Positions 8,501 through 17,786 of a stretch of DNA of 64,000 bases are shown one piece after another. Under the pieces are notes generated by a model. It was not told the DNA's origin, ran no database searches, and saw only the letters and a list, made by a program, of their open reading frames with translations. The DNA lies in contig CAVOXA010000001.1 of NCBI GenBank assembly GCA_963700285.1, positions 800,001 through 864,000 on the forward strand, written 5' to 3'. Position 1 is the first letter of the stretch. Each line of letters opens with the position of its first letter. The translations under genes and the position numbers were made by a program. The stretch is from an uncultured Chloroflexia bacterium (lineage in GTDB: Bacteria; Chloroflexota; Anaerolineae; JAAYZQ01).

Positions 8501-10366
8501 AGGGTGCGCGTCACCAACGAGAGCTTTGAGGCAATCCATATCAAGTCTTTGATGGCCGCATCTCGCGGTGATCTGAATGGGCGGGGTAGTTGTTCTGTGC
8601 CTGAGGGGGGGATCCTATTAGGTCCCCAGCGCTCGGATGGCCCAGGTGAGTCCTACGAATGCACCTTCAGTGCAACGGTGGCTGGCAATGCGGCAGAGAT
8701 CCTTACCGAGACGATGTACGTTGTGGCTGTGGACGACGAAGGAAACGAGGTCAAGGCTGGAGCCAGTGATACTGTGACCCTCACTGATGTGCTGCCGGCG
8801 ATCAGGGCCAGTCAGACGGTCGAACCCGGCAGTGTGCCGGAGCCTGGGGGCAAGGTGACGTTCTCCCTGGTTGTGAGCAATGAAGGAACTGAAGAGATTA
8901 CTCTAGATGCGCTGGTGGGCGATGTCCTCGGCGATTTAAACGGACAGGGTACCTGTTCTGTGCCGCGAACAGGGGTAGCGATTCGGCCGGGACGATCCTA
9001 CACCTGTGAGGTTCAGGCTAGCGTCTCGGGAAATGCTAGAGAGAGCAAGGCCAGCACGGTGACGGCGGTCGCCTCGGACAATGAGGGCAACGAGGCCCAA
9101 GCTTTGACAGACGCCACGGTGACCTTCACCGATGTATTGCCATCGCTCCTTGTGAGCAAGGTGGCGGAGCAAAGCAGCGTGCCGGAGCCAGGCGGAGGTA
9201 TAGCTTTCACGGTGCGCATCAGCAACGCGGGAGCTGAGGCCTTTACCCTCAATTCCGTGGTAGATGACCTACATGGTGACTTGAATGGGCAGGGTACCTG
9301 CTTTGTGCCCCAAGAGGGGATATCGCTCCAGGGCGGCGAGTCCTATGTCTGTAGCTTCCAGTCCGAAATCTGGGGCAACGCTGGGGTGACCGAGACCGGT
9401 ACTGTGACAGCCGTGGCCTCGGATGATGAGGGCAACAAGGTGAGTATTTCGGACAGTGCTACGGTGGCGATCTCGGATGTGCTGCCGGCGGTTGGAGCGA
9501 GCATAACGGCGAGTCCCAGCAAGCTGCCAGAGCCGGGAGGAGTTGTGCTGTACTCTGTCAGGATCGCGAACCAAGGGATCGAAGAGCTTTCCCTCGATTC
9601 GTTGGTGGACGATGTCCATGGGAATCTGCTCGGGCAGGGTACTTGTTCAGTACCACCTGAAGGCATAACACTTGGACCAGGGAGTTCCTATGAATGCAGC
9701 TTCCAGGCCGATGTCAGAGGCAACGCTGGGCAGAATAGTACCAATCTTGTTTCGGCCGTGGCCTCCGACGATGAAGGCAACGAAGGACGAGCGGCGGCGG
9801 GTGTCACTGTGGTCATCACTGATGTAGTCCCGGCGATCGGAATCGACGTGTTAGCGAGCTCCGGCAACGTGGTGGCGCCAGGTGGGGAAGTTGAGTTCTC
9901 GGTACGCGTCAGTAACCTGGGCGCTGAGGCTGTGACTCTGGCCAGAATGGTCGATGACGTCTATGGGGACATGAATGGCCTGGGCTCATGCTCCCTTGTA
10001 GCAGGAGAAACGACGATTGGCCCTGGCGGATCGTACGAGTGCACATTTGCCGCTGAGGTTTCTGGAAATGTTGGGGACAGTGTGGTCCACACCGTGACGA
10101 TTGTAGCTTTCGATGATGAGGGCAATGACGTTGCGGCCGCTGCCGACGTGACTGTCACCATCATCGACAATCCCGAGTCCTCAGCTGCCGTCATCTGCCA
10201 ACCAGGCGCCGGTGCGGATGTGGCATGCCCGAACTGGGCGCCGTTGGCGCCGGTGGCTGCCAAGAATAACAGTCTGCTCGCGCCAGTACACCCTTGGCTC
10301 CGGGGCATTCGCATCTCCGGTTCTGTCGATCATCCTGGCACCCCACTTGTAGGAATTCCCACCTAG
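5579..10366 (+). CDS. Putative anti-sigma factor: cytoplasmic N-domain, TM, DUF5667-like helical domain, 11 extracellular Ig-like repeats
   Basis: Coupled to ECF; N-terminal LEQCL..CLARYPELAGELEPLL; TM ATGLAFLAVFFLSFTFVA; LPGSPLHPVK..ARRRLEE motif; 11 repeats of about 115 aa with VPEPGG..VTNxG..GDLNGxGTCS..YxC..GNA..DDEGN. Confidence 0.8.
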   Translation: MTEMAEDFTSILEQCLGQIGAGKSTIWNCLARYPELAGELEPLLLAAEQMWLVPKPVLSSEARARIDVQVFSVAGASEQRRPAVGQPPSAGRKRGWTSVWRWAATGLAFLAVFFLSFTFVADAVGKTLPGSPLHPVKLAAENTRLWLAPSQNKPKLQLEFARRRLEEVTALTELGDVDASIVNAMTEETEAALMGLASLPPDAAVPLMGDMVALISDQDQTLSRMIEGSPAGLRDQVATALELNAAQAARSRSLVGSLPMPPSIAVLATANLDSVPEPEGEVEYTVSVTNDGAERVTVISLLSDIRGDLDGQGTCSLPPEGILLSPDESYVCTFGAVVAGNADQAQTDTVTAVVMDDEGFEARVSTSATVLVGDVAPTIGIYRTANPDSLPEPGGVVQFKVRVTNVGLETVILTGLEDGERGDLNGWGTCSLPPEGITINPGGAYECTFSAKVSGNAATKKPNIVTAIAADDEGNTVQSSASAVVSFTDVLPVVAVSKAVLPSSVPEPGGTAQFTVRVTNVGVEDVRLDALVDDVHGDLHGRGTCSLAPGEVVITPAETYECSFAAMVAGNAGESKMAVVTAIVSDDEGNRTGASDSASVTIADALPEIDVSRTAEPARVPEPGGKVEFTVRVVNRGPESLELVSLVDDALGDLNGKGTCSVLPGETIIEPGGFYQCSFVSHVSGNADDAWTDVVSAVALDDESNWAKAAGSVTVVVTDVAPLISVRKTARPSSVPEPGGAVEFTVSVTNQGVEDVSLLSLLDDNHGDLHGLGTCSLRPDEMRVSPGDTYTCRFSTVVSGKPAESWTDTVTAVASDDEGNRARAAAATRVTIRDVLPAIAVRKTAMPNRVPEPGGSVKFTVRVTNNGAEQVVLDALVDDAHGNLSGQGTCSVPPSKVMIDPGTAYDCSYSVVVSGNAGDVETSAVTAAVSDDEGNRAKAVGSTAVATIDVPPQIDVNLVAKPDTAPESGGKIQLRVRVTNESFEAIHIKSLMAASRGDLNGRGSCSVPEGGILLGPQRSDGPGESYECTFSATVAGNAAEILTETMYVVAVDDEGNEVKAGASDTVTLTDVLPAIRASQTVEPGSVPEPGGKVTFSLVVSNEGTEEITLDALVGDVLGDLNGQGTCSVPRTGVAIRPGRSYTCEVQASVSGNARESKASTVTAVASDNEGNEAQALTDATVTFTDVLPSLLVSKVAEQSSVPEPGGGIAFTVRISNAGAEAFTLNSVVDDLHGDLNGQGTCFVPQEGISLQGGESYVCSFQSEIWGNAGVTETGTVTAVASDDEGNKVSISDSATVAISDVLPAVGASITASPSKLPEPGGVVLYSVRIANQGIEELSLDSLVDDVHGNLLGQGTCSVPPEGITLGPGSSYECSFQADVRGNAGQNSTNLVSAVASDDEGNEGRAAAGVTVVITDVVPAIGIDVLASSGNVVAPGGEVEFSVRVSNLGAEAVTLARMVDDVYGDMNGLGSCSLVAGETTIGPGGSYECTFAAEVSGNVGDSVVHTVTIVAFDDEGNDVAAAADVTVTIIDNPESSAAVICQPGAGADVACPNWAPLAPVAAKNNSLLAPVHPWLRGIRISGSVDHPGTPLVGIPT
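6362..10172 (+). repeat. 11 tandem ~345-bp Ig-like domain repeats
   Basis: Counted by the recurring PEPGG, GxGTCS, YxC and DDEGN motifs; diverged at DNA level. Confidence 0.9.
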
Positions 10367-10548
10367 GACAGACTGGACTGTTTGGGGATTGCGATCCCAC
10401 GGTGCCGGATGCATGCGTGGGGTGCGTTGCCGATGTTTTTCCGAGAGGGATTGGGCGGGGCGGTGAAGCGGGTGGTCCAGCAAAGAGAACGTTTCGATCT
10501 ATGCCATCTATTAGGTTTTCTTAGGCTGGGAAAAGGAGGGGCAACTGA

Positions 10549-12072
10549 ATGTCTATTCGCGACTATGTTGAGATCCTGTTGCGACGCAAGTGGATAATCA
10601 TTATCACCTTCGCATTGGTGATTGCTATCACAATCGTGGCTACTCTGCTAACGGAACCGATGTACCGCGCGTCCACCATGATGCGAGTGCTGTCGGTCAG
10701 TGGGGGCTCGTCGGGTGACTGGATCGCGTACGACACCAAACAGGTTGAGCGATTGATGAGTACCTATGCCGAGTTTGCCACCAGCCGGCCCGTGTTGCAG
10801 GAACTCAGTCAAAGACTTGAGTTGGAGGAATGGCCTCAGATTTCTGTGGAGATTCTCAACAACACCGAGTTGATGCAAATCACTGCCGAAGCGAGAGATC
10901 CGGTAGTAGCCAGGGACACTGCCAATGCTCTGGCGGAGGTCATGATTGCACAAAGCAGGGAGTTGTATACCGGTGGTGGCAAGACAGCCCAAGAGATACT
11001 TGTCGAACAGTTGGAACAGGTCAAGGGCGAGCTGGATGGAGTTTGGACTGAGTATGAGGCCCTGATCGCCCAATCTCCTGAAGCAGCGGATCAGATTGCA
11101 GCCGCCAGTCGGGCGATCGAGTTGAAGGAAGGTACGTATGCTACGCTGCTCGATCAATATGAGAGAAATCGTGTCCGAGAGGCTGTGCTGGCCAACACGC
11201 TGTCGATCATTGAACCAGCGATAGCACCCCGCAATCCAGCCAAGCCACGCAGTGAGCTGAATATTGCCCTGGGTTTGGTCATAGGCCTTGGCGGAGGTCT
11301 GGCCTTGGCTTTCTTGATAGAGAGCCTGGATACCACGCTCTATTCTGTAGAGCAGATCAAGAGGTCCACCTCATTGGCCATTCTGGGTAAGGTGCCTGCC
11401 GTGGGTCGGCAGGCTCAGAATTCACTCTTCAACGGGTCTTCTCCGCAAGGAGAGGCATTCCGTCGTCTGCGTACCAACTTGCTTACACTCGACTACGATT
11501 CCCCTCTTCGGTCCTTGTTGATCACGAGTGCGGAACCGAAAGAGGGCAAGTCGACGATAGTGTCCAATCTGGCCTTCGCCGTAGCTCAGTCAGGACGTCA
11601 GGTCGTCACGGTGGATGCTCACTTGCGACTACCAACGCTCCACAAGGTATTCGGTCTGTCCAATAGGGTTGGTCTGAGCAGCGTGCTTGAAGACAAGGCC
11701 TCGCTGGAGGATGCGATGCAGGAGACCGGAATCGCGGGCGTCCACGTGTTGACGAGTGGCCCTCTGCCGCCCAACCCCGCCGAGCTGCTAAGTTCTCCAC
11801 AGATGACGGCACTCATCGAGCGATTGACCGGACAGTATGACATGCTCTTGCTGGATACACCCTCTATCCTGGCGGTTACCGATGCAGCAGCGCTGGCCAG
11901 AAGCGCGGACGGCGTCCTGTTGATCGTGGAGCGGGCACGGGCACGCCAGGAAAGCGTGCGCGCGGCGACTCAACAGTTGGCAGACGTCAGGGCCAACCCG
12001 ATTGGCATCGTCGTGAATCGCTCGCAGCCGGACAGTGCCTACGACTACTACAGCCGGGTACCGACAGGTTGA
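10549..12072 (+). CDS. wzc: Polysaccharide co-polymerase / tyrosine autokinase (Wzc/CapB-like)
   Basis: Wzz-like N-terminal TM, coiled region, second TM, GEAFRRLRTNL, Walker A EPKEGKST, Walker B LLLDTP, Tyr tail AYDYYSR. Confidence 0.9.
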   Translation: MSIRDYVEILLRRKWIIIITFALVIAITIVATLLTEPMYRASTMMRVLSVSGGSSGDWIAYDTKQVERLMSTYAEFATSRPVLQELSQRLELEEWPQISVEILNNTELMQITAEARDPVVARDTANALAEVMIAQSRELYTGGGKTAQEILVEQLEQVKGELDGVWTEYEALIAQSPEAADQIAAASRAIELKEGTYATLLDQYERNRVREAVLANTLSIIEPAIAPRNPAKPRSELNIALGLVIGLGGGLALAFLIESLDTTLYSVEQIKRSTSLAILGKVPAVGRQAQNSLFNGSSPQGEAFRRLRTNLLTLDYDSPLRSLLITSAEPKEGKSTIVSNLAFAVAQSGRQVVTVDAHLRLPTLHKVFGLSNRVGLSSVLEDKASLEDAMQETGIAGVHVLTSGPLPPNPAELLSSPQMTALIERLTGQYDMLLLDTPSILAVTDAAALARSADGVLLIVERARARQESVRAATQQLADVRANPIGIVVNRSQPDSAYDYYSRVPTG

Positions 12073-12160
12073 AGGGATCGTGGCTGTCAGCTACGACTGT
12101 CAGCCGCTTGCAGAGAATCGAGATTGGTGATTACACTCATTGGGATGCGGCGTTGAGACC

Positions 12161-13000
12161 ATGCTAGTGGATTTTGCGATAATTGGGGCACAGAAGTGTG
12201 GCACGACCAGCTTGGCCGCCCAACTGGCGGAGCACCCAGGCATCTGTTTCTGTGAGATCAAGGAACCTGGATACTTTCACAGGGTAGAGGATTGGCAGTC
12301 TGGTCTTGAAGCCTATCATCGGCTGTACGCGCCAGAAGCAGGCCAAATCTGCGGTGAAGCATCTACTATGTATACATTTCTTCCCGAGTGGCAGGGAACC
12401 CATTCCAGACTCTTTGCGTATAACCCAAACCTGAAGTTGATATATGTCATGCGGCAGCCCGTCGAGCGAGTCATATCCAACTACTCGCACGACCTGGTAA
12501 GAGGTTTTGTCAAAGCCCCGCCAGAGACAGCAGTTTTTGAGGATCCCACCTACATCAATCGCAGCCGGTACACTGTTCAGATGCGGCCTTACCTGGAGCT
12601 CTTCCCGCGAGAGAACATCCTACTGTTGGTCTTCGAAGAGTATGTCGCCAATCAACCCCAGACACTGCAGCAGATTGCTGCCTTTCTTGGTATCTCATCA
12701 GGTGCCTTTACCGATACGGGTTCAATGGACAAGCACAAGTCGGTTGGCCAGACCTATCTCAAGAACTCTGCGATACGGGCATTGGTCAGGTCCAGGGCTT
12801 TCCAGGCAGTACGACCGCGTCTGTCGGCATCCATCCGGCGGCCGATTCGGCGCCGCCTGGCGAATGAACTGTACGAAAAGCCACGCTTCTCACCGTCACT
12901 TAGGCAAGTGATCTGGCGTTTTGTAGAAGACGATGTTCATGGAGTGGAGGAGCTTCTAGGACGGCGCCTCGATGTGTGGCGCCTCGGGGAGACCGGATGA
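12161..13000 (+). CDS. PAPS-dependent sulfotransferase (heparan sulfate O-sulfotransferase-like)
   Basis: 5'-PSB motif IIGAQKCGTTSL, KEPGYF, GEASTMY, 3'-PB motif MRQPVERVISNY. Confidence 0.9.
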   Translation: MLVDFAIIGAQKCGTTSLAAQLAEHPGICFCEIKEPGYFHRVEDWQSGLEAYHRLYAPEAGQICGEASTMYTFLPEWQGTHSRLFAYNPNLKLIYVMRQPVERVISNYSHDLVRGFVKAPPETAVFEDPTYINRSRYTVQMRPYLELFPRENILLLVFEEYVANQPQTLQQIAAFLGISSGAFTDTGSMDKHKSVGQTYLKNSAIRALVRSRAFQAVRPRLSASIRRPIRRRLANELYEKPRFSPSLRQVIWRFVEDDVHGVEELLGRRLDVWRLGETG

Positions 13001-14358
13001 AGCAGCTAGCCTATCCCAGAAGGGTCTTGAGTTTCCGCTTCGAGCAATCGCGCCTGAGCTCGGCCCGTGTCCTTCCGCTCATTGACTTTATGCTCATTGT
13101 TGCCTTTCTGCTGGATCTCTTTACCTCCTATCTCACTTGGAAGGGTTACTTGCCCGAGGTTGTGACTTCGATTTCCCAGCTCTTGGTGGCCGCAGCGGTT
13201 GCGTTCGCGTATACGCGGATGATGATGCTCAACCGCATCCCTGCTGGTGTGTGGGCGCTTCTGGGAGTCTCAGCCATCGGATTCACCGTAGCGCTCTTTC
13301 GGGGGCAGGGCCTCGTTGCGACGCTTTGGGGCTGGTGGAACCTGTTCAAATACCCGATGCTGGGGATTTATGCCTATCTTCGTCTGCGCTGGCCAGACGA
13401 TTTCGCACAAACGCTGACGAGAGTCTGCTTTGGAATAGTGGCATTTGAGACGGTCTTTCAGATCTTCCAATATGTAACAGGCGAGCCCATCGGGGACAAC
13501 TTGGCTGGGACATTCGGTTGGCACGGCGTTAACCATATCCTCTTTCTTACCTGTCTTGCCTTGAGCCTGGCCCTGGGCCTTTGGGTGGCTGAAGGACGGT
13601 GGCGGCCACTGTTGGCAATCTTGGTCCTGGGTGCCGTGGCAAATGTGTTGGCCGAAAATAAGATCTTTCCAGTTGCTGCCCTGGCCATGTCTGCGATTGC
13701 CATCGCTATGTACGTCCTCCGGCGCGGTCAACTATCAAGGCTGCTACTATTCGGCGTTTTGGTAGTGGCCGGTCTCTGGTTATACTCAGCCGGATACAAC
13801 AGTTTCGTGCCGGGCGCCGATAGAGAGCCCCTTGAGAGGCTCTTTGTGGAGGAAGATGCCCGCGAGAACTATTTGAATAAGGTGAAGCGATCAGAGACGG
13901 CGGAGCAACAAACCTACAATCTTGGTCGAAATGTGGCCGTGGAGTATGCTCTGAGTACCCTAAGTGGGGACGCCGTGCTCATGGGGTTTGGTTTCGGCTT
14001 GGGAGCTCGGAGCCAGAGTGGCACGCTGGGTGTGTCAGGTGCCGCGCTCGAGCAGGACAGTTTTGATCGGGGCAGCCAGCTTGTGGCGATTTTGCAGGAG
14101 ATGGGCCTCTTTGGTCTGGTCATGGTTACGGGCTTCACAATGTGGGTGTCGGTCAGGCTGTGGCTCGATGCCAGGCGCAACCCAGAGTCGCCGGCAACCA
14201 GCTTGCGATACGGCCTGCTTTTCTTCTCGCTATGCTGGCCAGTTTGGCTGTGGTACAAGAACCCATTGGGGGCTGATGTGGCCATGATGCTCTACTGGGT
14301 TGGGCTGGGCTATGTACTGAGTGAGCCTCACCTGGAACACCTGAGCGATCGACTGTAG
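12997..14358 (+). CDS. Wzy-like polysaccharide polymerase / O-antigen ligase-type membrane protein
   Basis: About 10-12 TM segments with a large loop and FGFGLG..ILQEMGLFGL; position in the locus. Confidence 0.65.
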   Translation: MKQLAYPRRVLSFRFEQSRLSSARVLPLIDFMLIVAFLLDLFTSYLTWKGYLPEVVTSISQLLVAAAVAFAYTRMMMLNRIPAGVWALLGVSAIGFTVALFRGQGLVATLWGWWNLFKYPMLGIYAYLRLRWPDDFAQTLTRVCFGIVAFETVFQIFQYVTGEPIGDNLAGTFGWHGVNHILFLTCLALSLALGLWVAEGRWRPLLAILVLGAVANVLAENKIFPVAALAMSAIAIAMYVLRRGQLSRLLLFGVLVVAGLWLYSAGYNSFVPGADREPLERLFVEEDARENYLNKVKRSETAEQQTYNLGRNVAVEYALSTLSGDAVLMGFGFGLGARSQSGTLGVSGAALEQDSFDRGSQLVAILQEMGLFGLVMVTGFTMWVSVRLWLDARRNPESPATSLRYGLLFFSLCWPVWLWYKNPLGADVAMMLYWVGLGYVLSEPHLEHLSDRL

Positions 14359-15579
14359 TTGGTTCAGGTTGGTCGGAGTGGTAGATTGAGCGATGCTGTG
14401 AGGGATAGAGGGCTACCATCTGTTTTGTGGGTATCGGCCAGGCCCATGGCCTCTGCCCTGGATTCTGCAACCTGGCTGGAGACGACCCGTGAGCTGCGTC
14501 AGCAGGGCTGGCCCATCACGCTGGTCGGTGAAGGCCCTGCTGGCGAGCACTGTATTCAGGGCGTCACAGTGCATTGCCTGCCAAAGTCCCGGGCGTATGG
14601 CTTGGGCTATTGCCTCTTTCACTTGAGGCTATGGCGATTCTTGTTCCAGCAGAGGGCCAATTACGATGCCGTTCTCTTCCATCAGAAGTCGGCGCCATGG
14701 GTTCTACCTCTTCGCTTGGTGCGGAGGCTTGGGGCTTGGAGGCGCCCGCTGTTGACAATGGATACACGGGATGTTGTAGCGGCAGGCACAAGCCTGAGAA
14801 ACCGGCTGCGCCGGCTCTACTTCCGCTGCGCACATTGGCTTGCCAATCAATGGGCAGATGGTCAGATGGCGATCACTCCGCGCATGGCCCAGCTAGTGGG
14901 CATCCCATCCGCCCAACTGTGGGGTACTTGGCCATCAGGCGTCGACCTGGAGCGATTTCGGCCCGCCCAGGCTGGACGGCAGTGGCCTGGCCCGGGGCGT
15001 TCGATCCATTTGATGTACATTGGCAAGTTTGTGCGAGATCGCAACCTCACGCTTTTGTGCCGGGCTGTCGAGCGCGCAAACCTGGAGGGCATGGCCTTTG
15101 CTCTGTCTCTTATCGGCGATGGACCTGAGCGGCAAGCTCTGGACGAGGCAGCGAGGAGTGCTGAGGGAGCCATTCACGTTGGATCGCCGGTGCCCCATGA
15201 CCGGGTCCCTCAACTGTTGAAGCAGGTTCACGTTGGAGTGACATCGCTACCATCGTCAATCGATAGAAAGTTTGAGGCGTCCAGCCCGATCAAGCTGTTT
15301 GAGTACATGGCTGCTGGGCTGCCAGTGATGGCTACGGACAATGCCTGCCATACAGATGTGGTTGGTGAGGGTACCTATGCGTTTTGGGTCCGGGAAGCCA
15401 GCGAGGAAGGAATGCTGGCGACTCTCCGTCTGGTGGCTCGGTCCCAGAAGAGCCTGGGTGACAAAGGTGCCGAAGCGGCTGCTGCTGCCCAGGCATGGAC
15501 GTGGGAGGAAGCTGGCAGGAAACTTGGACTGGCTCTGGAGCGCGGGCTACTGGGGCCTGCCGGTCGGCCGCCCGCATAG
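14359..15579 (+). CDS. Glycosyltransferase family 4
   Basis: WPSGVDLERF, LIGDGPER, SSPIKLFEYMAAGLPV. Confidence 0.9.
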   Translation: MVQVGRSGRLSDAVRDRGLPSVLWVSARPMASALDSATWLETTRELRQQGWPITLVGEGPAGEHCIQGVTVHCLPKSRAYGLGYCLFHLRLWRFLFQQRANYDAVLFHQKSAPWVLPLRLVRRLGAWRRPLLTMDTRDVVAAGTSLRNRLRRLYFRCAHWLANQWADGQMAITPRMAQLVGIPSAQLWGTWPSGVDLERFRPAQAGRQWPGPGRSIHLMYIGKFVRDRNLTLLCRAVERANLEGMAFALSLIGDGPERQALDEAARSAEGAIHVGSPVPHDRVPQLLKQVHVGVTSLPSSIDRKFEASSPIKLFEYMAAGLPVMATDNACHTDVVGEGTYAFWVREASEEGMLATLRLVARSQKSLGDKGAEAAAAAQAWTWEEAGRKLGLALERGLLGPAGRPPA

Positions 15580-15623
15580 TCATGTTTGGGTCCAGCAGAA
15601 GCGCTTTTATCCCGAGGGTAGGT

Positions 15624-16757
15624 ATGGAAGTCGAAACGAAGCCTCTAAAAGTTCTCATTGTAAGTCGGTCCTTCGAGTTTCGAGGTGGGGTCGCGAACTA
15701 TGTGCAGGCGCTGGTGGAGCATACAGACACTGATCGCGTCTCATTCACGCACGTAGCTGTGTCAAAGGCTGAAGTCTCAAGTTCAGGGTGGCGCCGCCCC
15801 TTTGAATACCTGGACAGCATTGTGCGCTTTGGCAGGGCGGTTCTCGACGTACGTCCCGATGTGGTTCATCTGAACCCTTCGCTGAATAGTCGCTCCCTGC
15901 CCTTGCATGTCTGTCTGCTCCTTGTGGCCAAGGCGTTTGGGCAGTCCGTGTATTTGTTCTTCCATGGCTGGGACGACCGCGTAGCTCTGGCCATGATGAA
16001 CGGTACGTGGATGGGTCGCTTGTTGAGAGGCGTGCTGCGCAAGGCGGACTATTGTTCTGTGCTATCGGAGCAGTTTCGGAATCAGTTGATCCAGGCTGGC
16101 TGGGATCCCTCTCGTGTGCAGGTTCTACCGTTGATGATAGATGTTGCTGCCTATCAGCGACGTGCAGAGCGAGGGGAGACAGAATCGGACGGGAATGAGT
16201 CATTTCACGTGCTCTTCCTTTCCCGTTTGGCGCCTGACAAGGGTGTCTGGGAGTTGATGGATGCGGTTGAATGGCTCAAGGGAGCCTACCCCGATGCTCC
16301 GCTTTACTTTACATGTGCAGGCGATGGCTCGGAGTATGAGGGCCTCAAGGACTATGTACAGGCCAAGGGATTGGCTGACATGGTACATCTTCCAGGCTAT
16401 TTGCGTGGCGAGCAAAAACATACTGCCTACCGTAGCGCCGACCTATTCGCGTTCCCTTCTTTTCATGCTGAGGGCTTTCCCATCGCGGTCATTGAATCGC
16501 TGGCCGCGGGATTGCCAGTTGTCTATACACCAGTTGGCGCCCTGGCCGAGATCCTTGGGCCGGAAAATGGGACCCGAATCGAGTTGGCCGACGTATCAGG
16601 CGAAATCCTTGGGGAAGAGATCTGGAACTTGTATCGAGATCCGGATCGCCGCCGGTCCATGGGAGCGTTCAACCAGCAGCTTGCACAGCGGTTTGATGTT
16701 CGCCTCGTGTGCGCAGACACGGTTGATCTGTATCGGCGAGTGGCGTCCAGGAAATGA
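15624..16757 (+). CDS. Glycosyltransferase family 4
   Basis: GGVANY, LFLSRLAPDKG, FPSFHAEGFPIAVIESLAAGLPVV. Confidence 0.9.
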   Translation: MEVETKPLKVLIVSRSFEFRGGVANYVQALVEHTDTDRVSFTHVAVSKAEVSSSGWRRPFEYLDSIVRFGRAVLDVRPDVVHLNPSLNSRSLPLHVCLLLVAKAFGQSVYLFFHGWDDRVALAMMNGTWMGRLLRGVLRKADYCSVLSEQFRNQLIQAGWDPSRVQVLPLMIDVAAYQRRAERGETESDGNESFHVLFLSRLAPDKGVWELMDAVEWLKGAYPDAPLYFTCAGDGSEYEGLKDYVQAKGLADMVHLPGYLRGEQKHTAYRSADLFAFPSFHAEGFPIAVIESLAAGLPVVYTPVGALAEILGPENGTRIELADVSGEILGEEIWNLYRDPDRRRSMGAFNQQLAQRFDVRLVCADTVDLYRRVASRK

Positions 16758-17728
16758 AGCCTGTAATCAGTGACTCAGCAACACAACATAGAACAGTTGT
16801 GGACGGCCATTTGGCGCGTACACCGGCACAGCGCAAACCGTTGGTGGTCTATATCATGGGCGACGGGCGCAGTGGGAGTACCGTGACCAGTGTTGTGCTG
16901 GGCAATCATCCGTGCATCTCGAGCAATGGCGAGCTGCACAAGTTCGCCAGATACTGGGGTCATCCAAAGAGGGACAACGACAAGGAGAAAGACCTACGCT
17001 TCTGGAAAGAGGTACGAGATTATTTCCAGTCAGAGGGACTGTCTACGGACTACAAACATCTGGAAGACTTGCAGGGCAAGATTGAGAACTATGGCAGCTT
17101 TTGGAGATTGCTGTTCCATCGCGTTCCGGTAGACATCTGTTCCGAGTACTGTACGCACGTAAGGGGCTTGTTCAGAGCCATTAGCGCGGTAAGCAAAAGG
17201 GACATCATTGTGGACGAGTCCAAGAGGCCGACTCGCGGTTATGCACTTCTCCGTTGCCCAGATCTGGATGTACGTATCATTCACCTGGTACGCGATCCGC
17301 GGGGTGTGGTATGGTCGCAGAAAAAGCGTTCGGTCGAACACATGTACAAGTCTCCTCTCACCGCTGGGTTGCACTATTCTACCAAGAACTTGATGTCGCT
17401 CCTCGTTCATCTGAGGGCTCCCCGTGGGAGAGTCATGCGGGTCCGATATGAGGATTTCGTGAGAGAGCCTGCAGTAGAATTGACCAGAATCGGCAAGTTC
17501 CTGGATCTGTCGATGGTCCCGGTCATCGAGAGAATAGAGGCCGGCGAGCCTTTGCAGGTTCCGGTCCTTTTGGATGGAAACCGAATTCGGTGTGAGAAAG
17601 AGATCACACTGCGGTTTGATGATTCTTGGCGCAGACGACAGAGCTTGGGGGAGCGTCTTACAGCGATTCTGTCCACCCTGCCTTTCTTTCTTCGGTTTGG
17701 CTATTGGAATTACCCGTACGATTCATAG
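16754..17728 (+). CDS. Sulfotransferase
   Basis: YIMGDGRSGSTV, IVDESK, HLVRDPRGVVWS, VRYEDFVREP. Confidence 0.88.
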   Translation: MKPVISDSATQHRTVVDGHLARTPAQRKPLVVYIMGDGRSGSTVTSVVLGNHPCISSNGELHKFARYWGHPKRDNDKEKDLRFWKEVRDYFQSEGLSTDYKHLEDLQGKIENYGSFWRLLFHRVPVDICSEYCTHVRGLFRAISAVSKRDIIVDESKRPTRGYALLRCPDLDVRIIHLVRDPRGVVWSQKKRSVEHMYKSPLTAGLHYSTKNLMSLLVHLRAPRGRVMRVRYEDFVREPAVELTRIGKFLDLSMVPVIERIEAGEPLQVPVLLDGNRIRCEKEITLRFDDSWRRRQSLGERLTAILSTLPFFLRFGYWNYPYDS

Positions 17729-17786
17729 GCAGCATTGCGGATGGCAGAGCGGGTAGTACTTGAACTTTTGCGAATGATGGATCTGG

